A program made the translations under genes and the position numbers. DNA of 63,285 nt, the filler included, from Octopus bimaculoides (lineage: Eukaryota), in NCBI RefSeq assembly GCF_001194135.2. It is 5 parts of 3 records of this genome, joined end to end, with 100 filler letters (N's around TTAATTAATTAA, not from the genome) between each part and the next. Parts side by side here need not be neighbours in the genome. Positions count along the whole stretch, not along the records: positions 7,988 to 31,223 come from NC_068987.1; 4 more parts are not named here. The stretch is one strand, 5' to 3'. Below are positions 13,188-27,861 of the stretch, in pieces. The notes below the pieces were generated by a model. It saw nothing but the letters and a program-made list of their open reading frames with translations. It was not told where the DNA came from and searched no databases. Each line of letters starts with the position of its first letter. Position 1 is the stretch's first letter.

Positions 13188-14840
13188 ATGTTTTTTTTTT
13201 CTAATAGTCATGCATGTACATCATTCCTATAACAATTTTCCCTCTGTTTCTAGTTGTTAAATAAAAATCGACTCTTTAGGAAACGTGTTATACAACCTCG
13301 GTATAATAAAATATTGAGGTTCTTTCTTCTTTTTTTTTTTCAGTTTTCTTTTCAAGTGTCTTTATCAGCTCTGATGTAAGGAGCAAATTATTATCTGAGA
13401 CGAAACTGTGGCATTATGGATGATGTAAATTTATTGGTGAAATTAATAAATACAATTAATTTAATGTTATAACCGTTTAAGCACATCACTTAACATTTCA
13501 AGTATTGCCTGCATTACCTCACGAGGATATAATAAGGCACAAATTATTTAATTGAAATGTTACTCCAGTTTTTATTACATGAACAATTCACAATTATTCA
13601 ATTTGTCGTTGTTGCACTTTGTAATACAATGAAAGATCGCTCAATGTGTCTGTTTTAATTCGTAGCAAATTATTTCAGTTTGACATCCGGTTAATAAATT
13701 ATACTCCTACGAATTAAATTGATTAAGAAATTGACCTTTTATACTGATAAATTTGAATCTACTTTCAAAACTAATTTCAGCAGTATGCACGTCAATACAC
13801 TTAAATTGCCTCATAGGAATTTCTGCAATAGGATTTTGATTATCAATAAAATCTGATCAGCATGTGCAGTTCTATAACGTGCTTTAATGAAAGCAAAACT
13901 AGCAATGGTTCTCTTAAATCAAACCTGAAGTTTTGAAAAAATATGTAAATGTTACTATACGTTTCTTAAGAAATAATAGTAATGTATTGATTATCAATAT
14001 TATATAGCAATAAGGGATTTTAAATTAGATATTACTCCGAGTGCATTGAGATCGATGAGCGATTATGGTAACCATAAGTGCTACATACCGCGTTTTCTAG
14101 CAGTATATTTTATACCCATCTGGCATAATCCATTCAGAGATATCACAGCGTGAAATGTGATTGATGCTAAGGTTTCCAACTCATTAAACATATCAAGAAA
14201 ACATTATAGCAACGAAGCCTTCTACTTAAATATTAAGAGTCTATAACTGCAGCCCGCAGCGATCGCTTCTGCCGCTGGAAACAAACTATCGATTAAGACC
14301 TGGCATTGTGAACACACATTCTTAACAAAACAAAAACTGGTTCACAATGACTAGCTTTCTGCAAAAGGCAGGAGATATTGCCCCCTAGATCTTTTGTTTA
14401 CGTTATTTGCGATGTTGTATCGACAAAGTGATATCCGCGCGCTTATTTAAAAACCGACTATATATAATAGTGTTTTGTTTGTAAGCGTTTTTCTTATCAG
14501 GTTTGAATGTATGAATGCTTCGTGATTGTAAATGTACGGAATATTATTATAGATTCATATGTACATACATATGAGATAACATTTTAATATTGTTTCAAAA
14601 TTTGGAATAAGACTGTCGTATTTTCCTCTTCTTTTTCCTTTTTCATGGAGGGTAGTTATTTGATTACAAGGACTTCCTCGCTTCCCTGGAACTAAATTTT
14701 ACCGAATCGGAGGGAATGAAATGCAAAGTTAATTATGGCCGTATTTGAACTAAAAAGCGTGAGGAGCAAGAAAAAAAGCCACTGTGCAATAATCTTGGCA
14801 CACAAACGATTCAACAAGTAGATTATCATGATGTCATTCT

Positions 14841-15395
14841 AATATTGGTTTCAAAATTTAGCAAAAGGCCAGCAGGTGTGATAGAGGGGCTAAGTCGATT
14901 AAATCGCCCCCAGTGTTCAACTGGTTCTAATTTCATCCAGCCCTGAAGGATAAAAGGCAAAACGGACTACGGCCGAAATATGAACTCAGAATTTAATGGC
15001 GGACGAAATGTTGTCAACTAATATTGGTTGCAAAGCTTGGTACAGGGACAACAATTTCAAGGGTGAGAATAAGTCGATTAGATTGACTCCAGTAATCAAC
15101 TGCTTCTTATGTTATCGACCCAGTAGATATGAAAGGCAAATTCTGTCAGCTTAAAAGTTTAAAAAACTAATTTCAACAAAGCAATTAAGGCAGCGTGCTG
15201 GCAGAAGTCTTAGCTACGTTTCGTCCGTCTTTACATTCTGGGGTTAATCTACCTCCCAGGTAGACTTAGCCTTTTATCTATTCAGCGTCGATAAAATAAG
15301 TACCAGTTGATCACTAACTGGGTGGGGTAGATGTAATCAACTTATTCCATTCCCTGAAATTTCAGACCGTGTGCCAAAAATCTGAGACCGGTATT
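14841..15395. mobile_element. Cluster of three diverged SINE family A copies (two minus, one plus)
   Basis: aatattggttt/g tails at about 14841 and 15021 with aagtcgatta motifs; plus copy ggcagcgtgctggcagaa..gtcgataaaataagtaccag at about 15186-15395. Confidence 0.7.
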
Positions 15396-15445
15396 AATAA
15401 TAATAAACTAGAAACGAGCACAGGTTCAAAATAGATATATACAGA

Positions 15446-15513
<68 letters not shown>

Positions 15514-15927
15514 AAAGGTTTTAATTTTTCTTTATGCTCCTGTGGGTATCATTGTACTTTCTCTAATATAGTTCTTGGTATGTTCGTGATATTATATTTC
15601 TATAATAATCATGTTGCCTTTTTGTCACTGTTGATACTGTTGTTATCAGAAATTTTATTAGAGTTTGACACTGGAAAATATCATTTTCTTAATTTCCCTT
15701 CTTTATGAAGTACGTTCATCGAAGCAGAATACGTGTTCATCTTATACACTCCCTACTGCATCTGCCTTGACCAATCTCCATTCCCTCTTAAAATGATAAA
15801 CATATTGACATTTTAAATATAAAAACAATGTATATATTTGTTCGACATTTAAATATTACCGTGAAATAACAAAATCCTCTATAATTATAGGATATTGAAG
15901 ATTTACGTTACGATATTCATTTCTTCA

Positions 15928-16134
15928 GGGCGACGAGCTAGCAGAATCGTTAGCATTCCGGGCTCAGCGGTATTCCGTCTTTCTTTACGTTCTGAGTTCA
16001 AATTCCGCCGAGGTCGAATTTGGCTTTCATCCTTTCAGGGTCGATAAATTAAGCACGAGTTACGTACTGGGGTCGATCTAATCGACTGGCCCCCTCCCCA
16101 AAAATGTCGGGCCTTGTGCCTAGAGTAGAAAAGG
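15928..16134 (+). mobile_element. SINE family A, full length
   Basis: A box-like gctagcagaatcgttagc, B box gagttcaaattcc, body and tail gccttgtgcctagagtagaaaag. Confidence 0.9.
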
Positions 16135-16317
16135 ATATCCATTTCTTCACTAGGATGCCTTCAACAATAATGTTGGCATCAATTCCAAATTTGTCAGAGT
16201 ATTAAAATGGAAAGAAACGTGAGGAACCTTGAGTCTTGGATACAGCAAAAGCCACAACAATGATGGTAATGTATAACGCAACAACGAAGTTGTTGTTGGA
16301 TGATGGTGTTGATGATG

Positions 16318-16455
16318 AAGAGGAGGAGGTGGAAGAGGAGAGGAGGTGGAAGAGTAGAGGAGGTGGAAGAGCAGAGGAGGTGGAAGAGCAGAGGAGGTGG
16401 AAGAGCAGAGGAGAGGAGGTGGAACAGGAGAGGATGGGAGGTGGAACAGGAGGAG
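16318..16455. repeat. Purine-rich 17-bp minisatellite (agaggaggtggaagagc, about 7 imperfect copies)
   Basis: Direct repetition is visible and explains the low-complexity ORFs at 16150-16704. Confidence 0.8.
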
Positions 16456-17792
16456 TATCACGACGATGACATCGATGACGATAAAGAGGAGGAAGAGAAT
16501 AAGGAGAACCTGCTTGGATGCTGATGAAAAGGATGAAGAGATAGTGAACGTGATGATGGTATATTTCATGTTTAGATTCCATTTTCGAAAATGCCTATAC
16601 AGACAGTTTCCGATGCAACTAATAATATTTTCAGAGAAATAAATAAAAGTTCTGACATCTGAAAAAATTGAATTTGAATTTATTTCCGACAACGAGATGT
16701 CCACATGTCAAGATTTGAATTGCCCTTTTTGCCCGTCGCAAGTGTCCTATATAAGAGTGTTATGTCTGCTAAAAGCAACAACTAAATTTACCTCAGATCA
16801 CCGCCATCTAAAAACGGTGGTCGTTAGATCGACTTGTGAGAAATAGCAGAGAAATATCCCTCAAATCATTGCTGGGTGTGAAGTTACTAGAAGCTAAACC
16901 ACAAAATTAATGGCAATAGGAATCTACTATTGTCCGGTGAGTATGAGAACATTGAGATATTATTTCCGTGGTGGTGATAGAGGTTTTGCTCCCGACTTGA
17001 ACGTTAGCAGCAATACCACCATCACCCCTTCCACTACGACCACCAGAACAAGGTGATGTTTGTAGTGGGTGTGTTAGTGTTGGTAGTGGCAGTAGCAGCG
17101 ATTAGACTGTGTTTGTGTTATAGTGCTTTGGTTGTTATTATCTTTGAGGTAATGGTAGCAGCACTGGTGTTGGAGGTTTAAAATTATATACAATACAACT
17201 ACACTCACCACCACCACCACCACCACTACACCATCACTACACCCACAACCTATTTGTAGTAGTAAGAATGGTAGTCGTTTAGACACTCGTTTTTACTATT
17301 TGGTCTTTAGGTCAGCCCTCGGCATTGTTTTGAATAACAATTCGTTGCAATTTTTAAGAGGCCGACCAAACATTTTTTCTTGTAAGTGATACAGATATTT
17401 GTAACACGTCGCGCTAACACATAAAAACCTCCATCGTCGATTTATGCAAGCCAATGATATTAAACAGAACGTTATTTACTAACGGTATGCAAATTCGTAG
17501 CTCCGCATCTGCGAAGCTACTAAGAGACGGTGCTGAAAATTACCTGGCTTTAGGTAAACAAAAATACAGAAGGATCTGTTATGATTTTATTCAACGAATT
17601 CCCGTCTCAGATTCACACACTTTTTGCAGCGGTCTTTCAGTTTTTGTAAGCCCAGTAAAAGAACTCAGGATGTTGGGCCTCCAACCAGGCCTTTCGGGAT
17701 GCCCTTAAATCCAGGAACTTTTAAGCAGCCATTCATAGATTTGATGTATATATTAATAATTGGGATCGGTCAAGTAATTTGATTAAGGTTCT

Positions 17793-17975
17793 TTTGTTTC
17801 TTTTATTTGTTTCAGTCATTTGATTGCGGCCATGCTGGAGTACCGCCTTCAGTCGAGCAACTCGACCCCAGGACTTATTCTTTGTAAGCCTAATACTTAT
17901 TCTATCGGTATCTTTTGCCGAACCAGCATCGGTTTTCAAGCGATATTGTCGGGACAAACACAGACACATAAATAT
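17793..17975 (-). mobile_element. SINE family B, 3' half
   Basis: ttgtttcagtcatttgattgcggccatgctggagtaccgcc..gaccccaggacttattctttgtaagcc. Confidence 0.85.
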
Positions 17976-19155
17976 CGTCTAACTCCATGAAGTTAAAACA
18001 ATTTCAGCATTTAAATGTTCTAAATTTGTTATAATTTATTCTCCAGAATACGCTTAGCGTTTTCGTAATTAACATAAAAGTTATAGAACAGAATGGTATT
18101 TAGGGCGAATAATCCATCCACACGTACGTTCCTGCTTAGCTAAGTACCAGCCTACTTCCACACATACGCAGATGTGCGTCTTTATCCTTTTTGTGTATAT
18201 TTGTTATAATTCGGGAATATTTGACATGTAAATTTTCCTTCAGTGAATTGGCATTTTGTTTTATATATAAAAGAACTCTAGAGTGGATTTTAACAGTCAT
18301 TTACCCTTGTTTTTATAACTAATTATTTTGAAACAAGTTTCATAAATTATTACATTCGTTTCCTAAATTTGCTATATAATGATTTAATAAGAGTCAGTTG
18401 AAGACTATACTGGCGAATCTTTTATATTTCAATAGATTGAATAGTTTAATTGAAAAAAATATTTTGAAATCAAAAGAGTTAGCCTCGACATAATCATCGC
18501 TGTTATTGATAAACTTGCAACATTTCATTTATTCAGATCTAAAGCAAACTTAAAAAAGCAGTCAGCTATATTTTTTATGCTTTGACATTTTTAAAATCAA
18601 TTCTGTTTTGTATTTACATCATTAATTTTATGAAATATATAAATAAAAATTTTTCTTCAAATTAATTTATATTTTGACATCGCCAATGTTACTTCTGAAA
18701 TTATAGTTATTTGATATTGTGCAAGTATTATATATATAATAAAAGTGTTGTTGATGATGAGGTGGACGAGAAAGAATATGCTGATTATATTGGCAGAAAT
18801 GATGAAGAGAAATGAGACGTTACAACGTTTACGCATAAATTGCTTAAACAACTTCATAGTACTTTAATCAAGAAAATATAAAGAAAAACGCATTAGTAAC
18901 TTCGCTTTATCTTGCACTATAATTAAAAGAGTTACTTAACAGAAAAGCAGATGTATCAGGTTGAAAGCAATTGGTTACGTAGCCAGTCAAAATAAAGTTA
19001 TAAGTTCAAAAATGCATTTCAAGTTGAATAAGGTCTGCTGAAACGTATTTCAGAAATTTTACAAGTTATAGCAAAAAAAAAAATCATGAACATGTTTTCT
19101 TTTCACGCCTTGATCATCACCATCATCATCTTCATAATCATCATCATCACCACAA

Positions 19156-19357
19156 CCAATCCGTATTGGCTAGTTCACCTCAGCTGATTGGAATCCAGCG
19201 TTATATAAAATAAGATTTCTTCTCTTTCTAAAATTTCTCTATTTGGTGTACATTATTTCCAGCGAACTCTGTGAGAATTTAATGAAGACCTTTTTAGCGA
19301 ACGTTGAGTATTTATGTGGCTAAACTAGTCTGTTTCCGCCGAATGAAGAAGGTAAAG
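19156..19357 (+). promoter_or_regulatory. Candidate CCAAT/TATA promoter with a short first exon
   Basis: CCAAT 19156, ATTGG 19165, CTGATTGG 19184 and TATATAAA 19202, then ATGAAGAAG|GTAAAG at 19343-19357. Motif evidence only. Confidence 0.3.
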
Positions 19358-20016
19358 AAGTACAATACGATCAGCCCAAGTTTTTGTGCTGAACTTAATA
19401 AAGAGTTTTTACTACTCATGATTCCTAAGATAATCAAATGAGTTGTTTTTAAATGCGAAATGCTATTTCTTTATCCAGACATTCTCTTGGGTATAGATTC
19501 TTGTCACTTAACCATGCCGCAGAGTTATATAAAGGAACCAACCACAGCTAATATTTTAGTAGGAATCTGCCCATGTACGGGTTGATACATTACAATAGTT
19601 TACTTAACATTAACTATTAAGCCAAAGATTAGAAAGATGCCAAGTCGCTCCGAGTGCGACTCACAATATGTAACACAATACAACTTATCACATAGTCACA
19701 TGGTCTGCTACTGAACTGGAAAGCCCAATAAAGGAGCTGATTTCTTTAAACACCCCACCGAACGAAAAACAGGATCTCATCAAACGGCGAAAGAACTCAC
19801 GAGAATCAACAGGCTTATATGTATGTATGTATGTATGTATACGTATGTATATGTATGTATATGTACATGTGTATGTAAATATATGGTACAAACTGAGTAT
19901 TACCTTTTGGTTGATAACTGATGAAGAATTAGGGACCCTCAGTGATTGTCTCTCGTCCGGTTGTAAACGTATGTTTTTTTTCTCTGTCGTTGTTTATTTA
20001 CTATGCATTCTTCATT

Positions 20017-20050
<34 letters not shown>

Positions 20051-23000
20051 NNNNNNNNNNNNNNNNNNNNNNNNNNNNNNNNNNNNNNNNNNNNNNNNNN
20101 NNNNNNNNNNNNNNNNNNNNNNNNNNNNNNNNNNNNNNNNNNNNNNNNNNNNNNNNNNNNNNNNNNNNNNNNNNNNNNNNNNNNNNNNNNNNNNNNNNNN
20201 NNNNNNNNNNNNNNNNNNNNNNNNNNNNNNNNNNNNNNNNNNNNNNNNNNNNNNNNNNNNNNNNNNNNNNNNNNNNNNNNNNNNNNNNNNNNNNNNNNNN
20301 NNNNNNNNNNNNNNNNNNNNNNNNNNNNNNNNNNNNNNNNNNNNNNNNNNNNNNNNNNNNNNNNNNNNNNNNNNNNNNNNNNNNNNNNNNNNNNNNNNNN
20401 NNNNNNNNNNNNNNNNNNNNNNNNNNNNNNNNNNNNNNNNNNNNNNNNNNNNNNNNNNNNNNNNNNNNNNNNNNNNNNNNNNNNNNNNNNNNNNNNNNNN
20501 NNNNNNNNNNNNNNNNNNNNNNNNNNNNNNNNNNNNNNNNNNNNNNNNNNNNNNNNNNNNNNNNNNNNNNNNNNNNNNNNNNNNNNNNNNNNNNNNNNNN
20601 NNNNNNTATATATATGCATACATACATACATACATACATACATATCTGTACGTACGTATGTATGCATGTATGCATGTATATATGTATGTATGCAAGCATT
20701 TTTATCATGTATGTATGCATTTATATATGTACGTATGTATGTATGTATGCATGCATATGTGTATGAAAGTTTGATAATGATGACGATGATTGCGTAGTTT
20801 TATTCTTAACTATCTATAAACCATTATCAGCTGCTTTCAAGTCATGTAACTGATAAATTTAACTGGCTGTATTTCAGTACGTAAGCCTATGAGAAAGGCA
20901 ATCCTAATTCATTACATTGTCTAAACGTCTCTGGATATCTGCACAATTAGGCATAATCCCACTTAACATGCCAAATTAAAGATGACGATAAATGCTCAAA
21001 AAGTAACAATGAAGCGATATAAATTGATAAGTTCATTCACTGAGATAAGAACATTAATGCCAGTTTGTATAAATCAACATCCCACGGTAGGTGCCGCCAA
21101 GAGATTTAAGTAGATATAGTTATTTGTCTGGCTTCAGACATCTTTACACAATATTAACTAAATGTTTAAATTCCTTCCTTAACTGTAATAAAAGAAATAT
21201 TTTACCCATGTCTCTTCATTGAGAATCTGAACATTAGACTGATGCACATCATAATAATGTTCCAAGTTTAGTATACTAAGTGCGAAAGCTACTACAATTC
21301 TTAGTGTAGTAACGTTTACTATCTGTTTATATATTTTCTTCAAATGAATGATTTCAAATAGCTGACTCGTGTAGTAGTATGCTTATAAATGAATGCAAAA
21401 ACCACAAATGTGTTTGCGTTGCACATAAATTTAGACTACACATCAGACATGTTTTTCACTTCTAAATTCTACAGGTGTTTATGAAACACATTATGTCATG
21501 TATTTGTCTCCAGTCTGTTGATACTCCAGATTACTCAGGGTTGATTCCTTTAAGCAAACCCTCTATTGTTGTGAAATGTATATATCAACTTAGATTAGTA
21601 TTATGTGTTGAATATAGTATACATGACGTTAATTATATTACTGGTAAAAAATCGTAATCGATTTGTGTTTCGTCAATAATTACCAGCTCAACCAGGGTCA
21701 TCTTCTGCTTCATAGACGTAAATAGGTATGACTTGTAATGTAAAGGTGTATTTCTAGTCGATTATGCAAGTTCTTTTTTTAAAAAAAACATTGGCATCAC
21801 TCCTGAAACACCACGGTAATAAAATTATTCTGAATGCTGTAAGATATCGATATGTCTCAGTCAGAAAACTGAAGTTAAATCATTGAAAGCAGTTCACTCA
21901 ATGACACCGCTAATGCGCTTTAAATTAAAATTGAACAAGCTAGCACCCATTGCTTCAATGAATTTATTTTTGGTTTTCGTTGGAAAACGAGAAAATAAAA
22001 GATTTATAGAGTTTTCTAAAGTGTATATATTGATTTTTTACATTTATAAAGAAACTGTTAGGTGTTTTTATAAATAAACTTTGCGTTCAAAAACTTACGA
22101 AACGTTCATACTTCAATATAGTGTTTAATTCTATAACAATTGTTGGTTATCCCGGAAGTAATGCATAAGTGGGTATAATTTTTTTGTTAACTGACAAAGA
22201 CGTTCAAATTACACATGATGTAGGAAGGTTTTTTTCGGTAAAAGAGAATATTCAACTCAGTCATCATAGCAGGACGCATTTGCTGGATCTTTCAACTCAA
22301 CTCGTTGATCCTTTTCAAAAATTCAGATGTGCACAGTTGCTTCCATATTTTACAAACATTTTTGTGTCGTTTGTAGTATCGAAGTGTTATTACTCAAAAG
22401 AACTTGCATTAGACCAAATATGTATTCGATCGATAGAGGAGCACTGACCAACCTAATTTGTTGACTGCTGTCACAAACATGAGTCTGGTACTATGCAGTA
22501 ATGGAAATGTGGATCATTTTCAGATACTTCAGGATGCGTCCTCCAAATGCCTTCTCCTTTTGAATGTTTCTTCCTGTTTCTTGCGCAGGCACATTCCAGA
22601 ATATGAAGGAGAATAATACGCTTAGCGTGTCATAAAACAGTCACCATAATTTACATCGTTGCCTTTTGAACTTGTGCTGCCATTCTATGTATTGTGGTTT
22701 TATTTCCAAATAATTAAGATAAGACTACGTTTCGTCCCTTGTCGACAGGTCAGAAGCAAAAATAGTTTTCATTGGTTTCTCACTAGTCTAACCTCGAGAA
22801 TCAATTCTTCGAACTACTTAAAATCGTGTCACAGTCGAAATCTATAATTTCTCCATTGGGGGTTTTCCATCGACGCTGGTTTTAATTATTCTTTAAATTT
22901 CTCCTTCCATAAATGCACATTGATTTTATCAATGGTGGCATCTCTAAGAAAAACACACGTAGCCACGTAGTCCTGTCTGAATCTCGAACAATTTGTACAG

Positions 23001-23858
23001 ACTATCGTCAAGATTTCAGTTATCTCAGCTTGGAATCTAATACTGGCGTGCAATACAGAAGAACTGAAAGAAAAGATATTGCAGAGGAAGAATAATTCTA
23101 CCAACGTGTGCAGTTTGAAAACTCTCTCTCTGTTAATTACAAAATCTTATGTCCACTTTTCCATTACTTTCGGGATAACACTTGTATCAGAAAAATCACT
23201 TTCAATACACACCATACTGTTTTTACAATTTTTCTTTTCCCTGAATATATTTCTATATACTTTAGTAATAGGAAATAAGTAAATAAAAACCACTATCTGA
23301 GTTATGAATTACCACACCAATAAATTGAAATTAATGTAAACGTGTTAGTAAAACTGTCATCAAATACATAAGTCTTGATGTATTCATAAATTTAGCAGCT
23401 ACGAAGATATGCAGTAATGTACCATGATTTATTTCATGTTGCAGTTACAGATACACGATAACTGTAGTTATTTGATTAACTGTACATAATCCTTGTAAAT
23501 CTATGAAACACTTTCCATCGACTTTTATTATTATTATTAACATACGTGTCAAGTACATTTGCATTACATCCGTGCTCAAAATCCGCTCTTAGACCTACTT
23601 AGATTTACTTGCCATATAATCTCATGCTGGTTCAGATTTTCTGATACTCAATGTATTAAAATCGAAAGAAATTGTAGAGCTTTCTTTATAAAGAGTCCAG
23701 TCAATTTTGCTCTACACTTTACTGATGAAAATATATGAACCATGAGATCAATAAAGTATTTCACAATGCTTCATCTTAAAAACACTCTGTTCAAATTCTC
23801 TGTTTCTATAATCTAATTGCCGTTAAAGTGTTAGTTAATAGTTATAATCTCCTCTCTT

Positions 23859-23925
<67 letters not shown>

Positions 23926-23982
23926 TCCTCTTTCCCTTCTCTCTTAGTCATACGCTCTGTCTATATATATTTCTCTCTCTTG

Positions 23983-24023
<41 letters not shown>

Positions 24024-24077
24024 CAGTGTCTATGTCTGAGTTTCTGCATGTGTGCATGCGTATGTGTGTATGTGTGT

Positions 24078-24176
<99 letters not shown>

Positions 24177-26066
24177 ACAAAGAACTCAAAGGAAATTAAT
24201 ACTAATTTTCGAAATATCACTATCATTATTTGCGGTATGTGCACGTAGACATAATTCTTTATGCGTGTGTCTGCGCGCTTGTGTGTGTACATGTGTGTCT
24301 TTGTATCTGTGTGTCTGTATACGTGTGTGTTTGTGTGTGTGTGTGTGTGTTTGTACACACTCGCATGTACACAGACCCACATACACAAACACATACACAC
24401 ATATGCGTATATTTCTATTTCTATCAAGTGTTTCACATTGTGGAATATGTTTGAGCGGGAGAATAAATTCCTGGACGACGATTGGATGTAACGGCTCTGC
24501 ACTTCAGTCATGTGCTTCGATGTACGTATGCGTGTAGTGATTTGCAATTGTGAGTGTGTTCATGCTTTTATTGGAAGTCTTTTTTACACGCCTGTCTAGG
24601 TGTATCTTTCGTCCTTAAAGTACACACACATAAGGGTACACACACAAAACTAGATAAAGCCACACACAGCTTTATCTAGTTAATAACAGAAAGAAAGAAA
24701 TTCATCTCTCAGACAGCACCTTCATTTTGGGGGGAATATAACACCCTCGGAATAAGAGAGACAGATGGCATATTGTAGCCTGGTTCTGAGTTATTAAATA
24801 CATCATTATGTGATATTAATATGTAATTGTATCAATCGCCTACGAAAGTAAATTACCCACACACTCGTCTATGCAAATGGGTTCAGACACAACATTCCCA
24901 TCTCGACGCTAGCTGCTTTGTACCATATTTAATCAGAAACTGGACCTTGTTCTACTCCTCTCGCTCTTTTATATCTATCACATGCATCCTCTACAAACCA
25001 CTACACGAAGGGTTTTCCTTGATCCCCAAAATGTACGTTATGTTTTCTGGATACAATCCATTAGCGAAGTATTTTGTATTTTTAATTATAATTAGAAATT
25101 TTCGAGCTGAGAATAGATGAAAAACTTGCAGGGCTCAAGTCGTTTGCGGTGTAGCAGGTACATAACCCTATCCTTCAAACTCCATTTCATATAACTTATC
25201 ACCATTTTACGAACTTGTAGGCAGATATTATGTGGTACACGCACCTACTCACACACATATGTATGTATATATTTATAATCATGTGATTCTACCTCACATT
25301 ATTGATGAAAACTTATCAAACTATCGCTATTCGTTTTCTATAGAGATGAAGTGAAAAGTGAATTACTGCTCATGGTAAACTCTTGATTATTTGAAATCAT
25401 TTTGTTCTCTGTTTTGGTACATGATGTAAAATGTCTTCAATTATAAACTTTATTTCAATTTCACTCAACATTATCAAGGATGGTTTGTTTTTAATATATC
25501 ATGTTTCTTTAATTAGCCAATTTTCTAAGGCATAGTGCATTGTACTCTTTTGATATTTCAAATGTTAACTAACTTCCCCGTTAGATACAGTGCCAAACTG
25601 TCTACAATTTGAGTAAATTTTGTAAATATTCCATCTAGTATACGTAGATTTCTAAAGATTTCTATGACATTTTTATGCTAGATTTTTAATGAGAATTTTG
25701 TTGTAGAAATTGAAACAACTACAGACATGTTGGATCCATATATTACACAGGACGTTTATTGCCTGTCTATTGATAAAATCAACTAGCATGATAGCTTGTA
25801 TGTAGACAGTAAATATACAGAATGTTATCAAAATTGTTATAACCCAGCTTAACAAATAATGATTTCAAACATTACAGATTTTGACTAAAAAATACAGTTA
25901 TGTCCTGGTTTTGTGAAATATACAGCATTAAGTTTTGAAATATACATGCAAATTAAATCTATTTTATTCGGCCTCACATTACATCAAGATCTAACAAACA
26001 GTACACTATTGTAGTCGGTTCCTGACCACGAGAGGAGAAATTATATTTTCTTTGTTAGAAAGATTT

Positions 26067-26282
26067 ATTCTTTTCTACTCAGGGCACAAGGCCAGAAATT
26101 TTTGGTGAAGAGGCTAGACGATTAGATCTACCCAGTATGCAACTGGTACTTAATTTATCGATCCCCAAAGGATGAAAGGCAAAGTCGATCTCGGCGGAAT
26201 TTGAACTCGGAACGTAAAGACAGACGAAATACTGTGAAGCATTTCGCCCGGCGTGCTAACCTTTCTGCCAGCGCGCCGCCTT
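26067..26282 (-). mobile_element. SINE family A, full length
   Basis: Near-consensus reverse complement with most CpGs retained. Confidence 0.9.
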
Positions 26283-27861
26283 GCTATAATGATTTATGTG
26301 TCGAGTCATTAGGGCGTCGGACAAAAAAGCTGTCAAAGTTTCTTCCTTCTCTCTTCTCTATAATTTAAAATCTTGTCGAGAACAATTTTGTCTTTCATTC
26401 TTCCACTGCTGACAGATTAATTTCCAATAAATACGGCGGTCAGTTATCCGTTTCTCTTCCTCTCTCCATTCTCTAACTATCCTTTTCTCCTTCCCTCACT
26501 CCCTCTTCCCCCCTCTTCGATCCCCCTTCTCTCCCCTCCCTCTCTCTCTCTCTATCTCTCTCCCTCTCTTTCACTCCCTCACTAGGAGTTTATTTATAAT
26601 AAAACCCAAAACCTTATGGCTATAGTAGCAGTACTAGATGATCTGTTGACTTCAGTATTTATTGAAGATAGTCATGTCTTAAAAGAAATCAAACAAAAGA
26701 ATGTGCTACTATCTCTAACATTATTCTCCAAATATTCTAGATTGAAAACTGAAAATTACTGTCTTAGACTGACCCATGTCCATGAAAAGCCCGTATCAAA
26801 TTTCAACACAATGGCTGAAAAATATCTAACCTATATACAATGCTAATATGACAAAGGTTGCTGACCCGTATTTGTGACTATCACTCTTCCAAATTTGGCA
26901 ATACAGTACCTCTACTACTACTACTACTACTACTACTACTGCCACTCTCTTCCTCGCTTGCTCCCAGAATATAAACACGTTTTTAAACACAACACGCGCG
27001 GAGCACACCAGGATCGGCACTGAATGAACCACTGTACTCTCTCTCTCTCTCCCTAGCGAGCAGCTTTTTATCTCGGACATGTGAGCATGCGCACAACAGC
27101 CAAATACCGCGTCGCTGAAGCTGTGAAGCACACAGTTCTATACAAGGATGTTTGTATTTTGTCATAAACTAGGAGACGTCTACTGACATTAAGCTTAAGG
27201 ATTATATGATGTACACGGATAAAGAAAGAATTTTTTTTTAAAATGACTCATTATATTGTATGTTATCGATGATATCGTGTGAAAATAGGGAGTTTTGCAG
27301 TTCCACATTGCCTATACACGAGCCGCCATTGCTTGACTCCGTAATCTTGGTCAGATGGTTAAAACGAAATTGAAATTATAAGAAAATGGAGCACATTTAT
27401 AAATTTGGATATCGATAATCTTTCAGCTACATGTAGGATTCAAAACCACCAATATCATTGAACTATTCCAGTAGGCGACGAATGCTTTGATACAGAATAT
27501 GAATAAATTACCTTGTATAAGGTATCGTTTTGCAATAAAATCAGAACGGCTTCCATAAAGATATATTTAATAGGAAATATAAAATCCAGCGAAGAGGTAA
27601 AGCACTCTTCTTTCGGCATATTGATATTTTGAAGAACAGTGACTAAAAGATGAAGTAATTGATATATTTATATTAAACGCTTAAAATAACGTTACATTTA
27701 AACGCTGAAACTGCAGTGTGCTTTTCGCAATGCTAAAATTAATATCGTATTTTAGGCGTTGTAGATAATATTAAAAATATCGCTAAGAGTATGACAAGTG
27801 GCTTTCTCAAGCTGTCGCAGTTATTACAAAAAGATAATCTGCTCTGTATAATATTTGGCGG

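Noticed and set aside
19674-19815. Open frame WSATELESPIKELISLNTPPNEKQDLIKRRK
   Set aside because: No start codon, no credible donor site, and it runs into a microsatellite.
19910-19975. CTGATGA..gggac..gtcc..gtaaac possible pLTR ribozyme remnant
   Set aside because: No GAAA core or stem I; too degenerate to call.
22886-23104. 72-aa minus-strand ORF and nearby ORFs at 22169-22847
   Set aside because: No recognisable family, and the lengths are compatible with chance.
24648-24681. Perfect 13-bp hairpin around cacacaca
   Set aside because: It is single and short, with no conserved context or miRNA-length stem.
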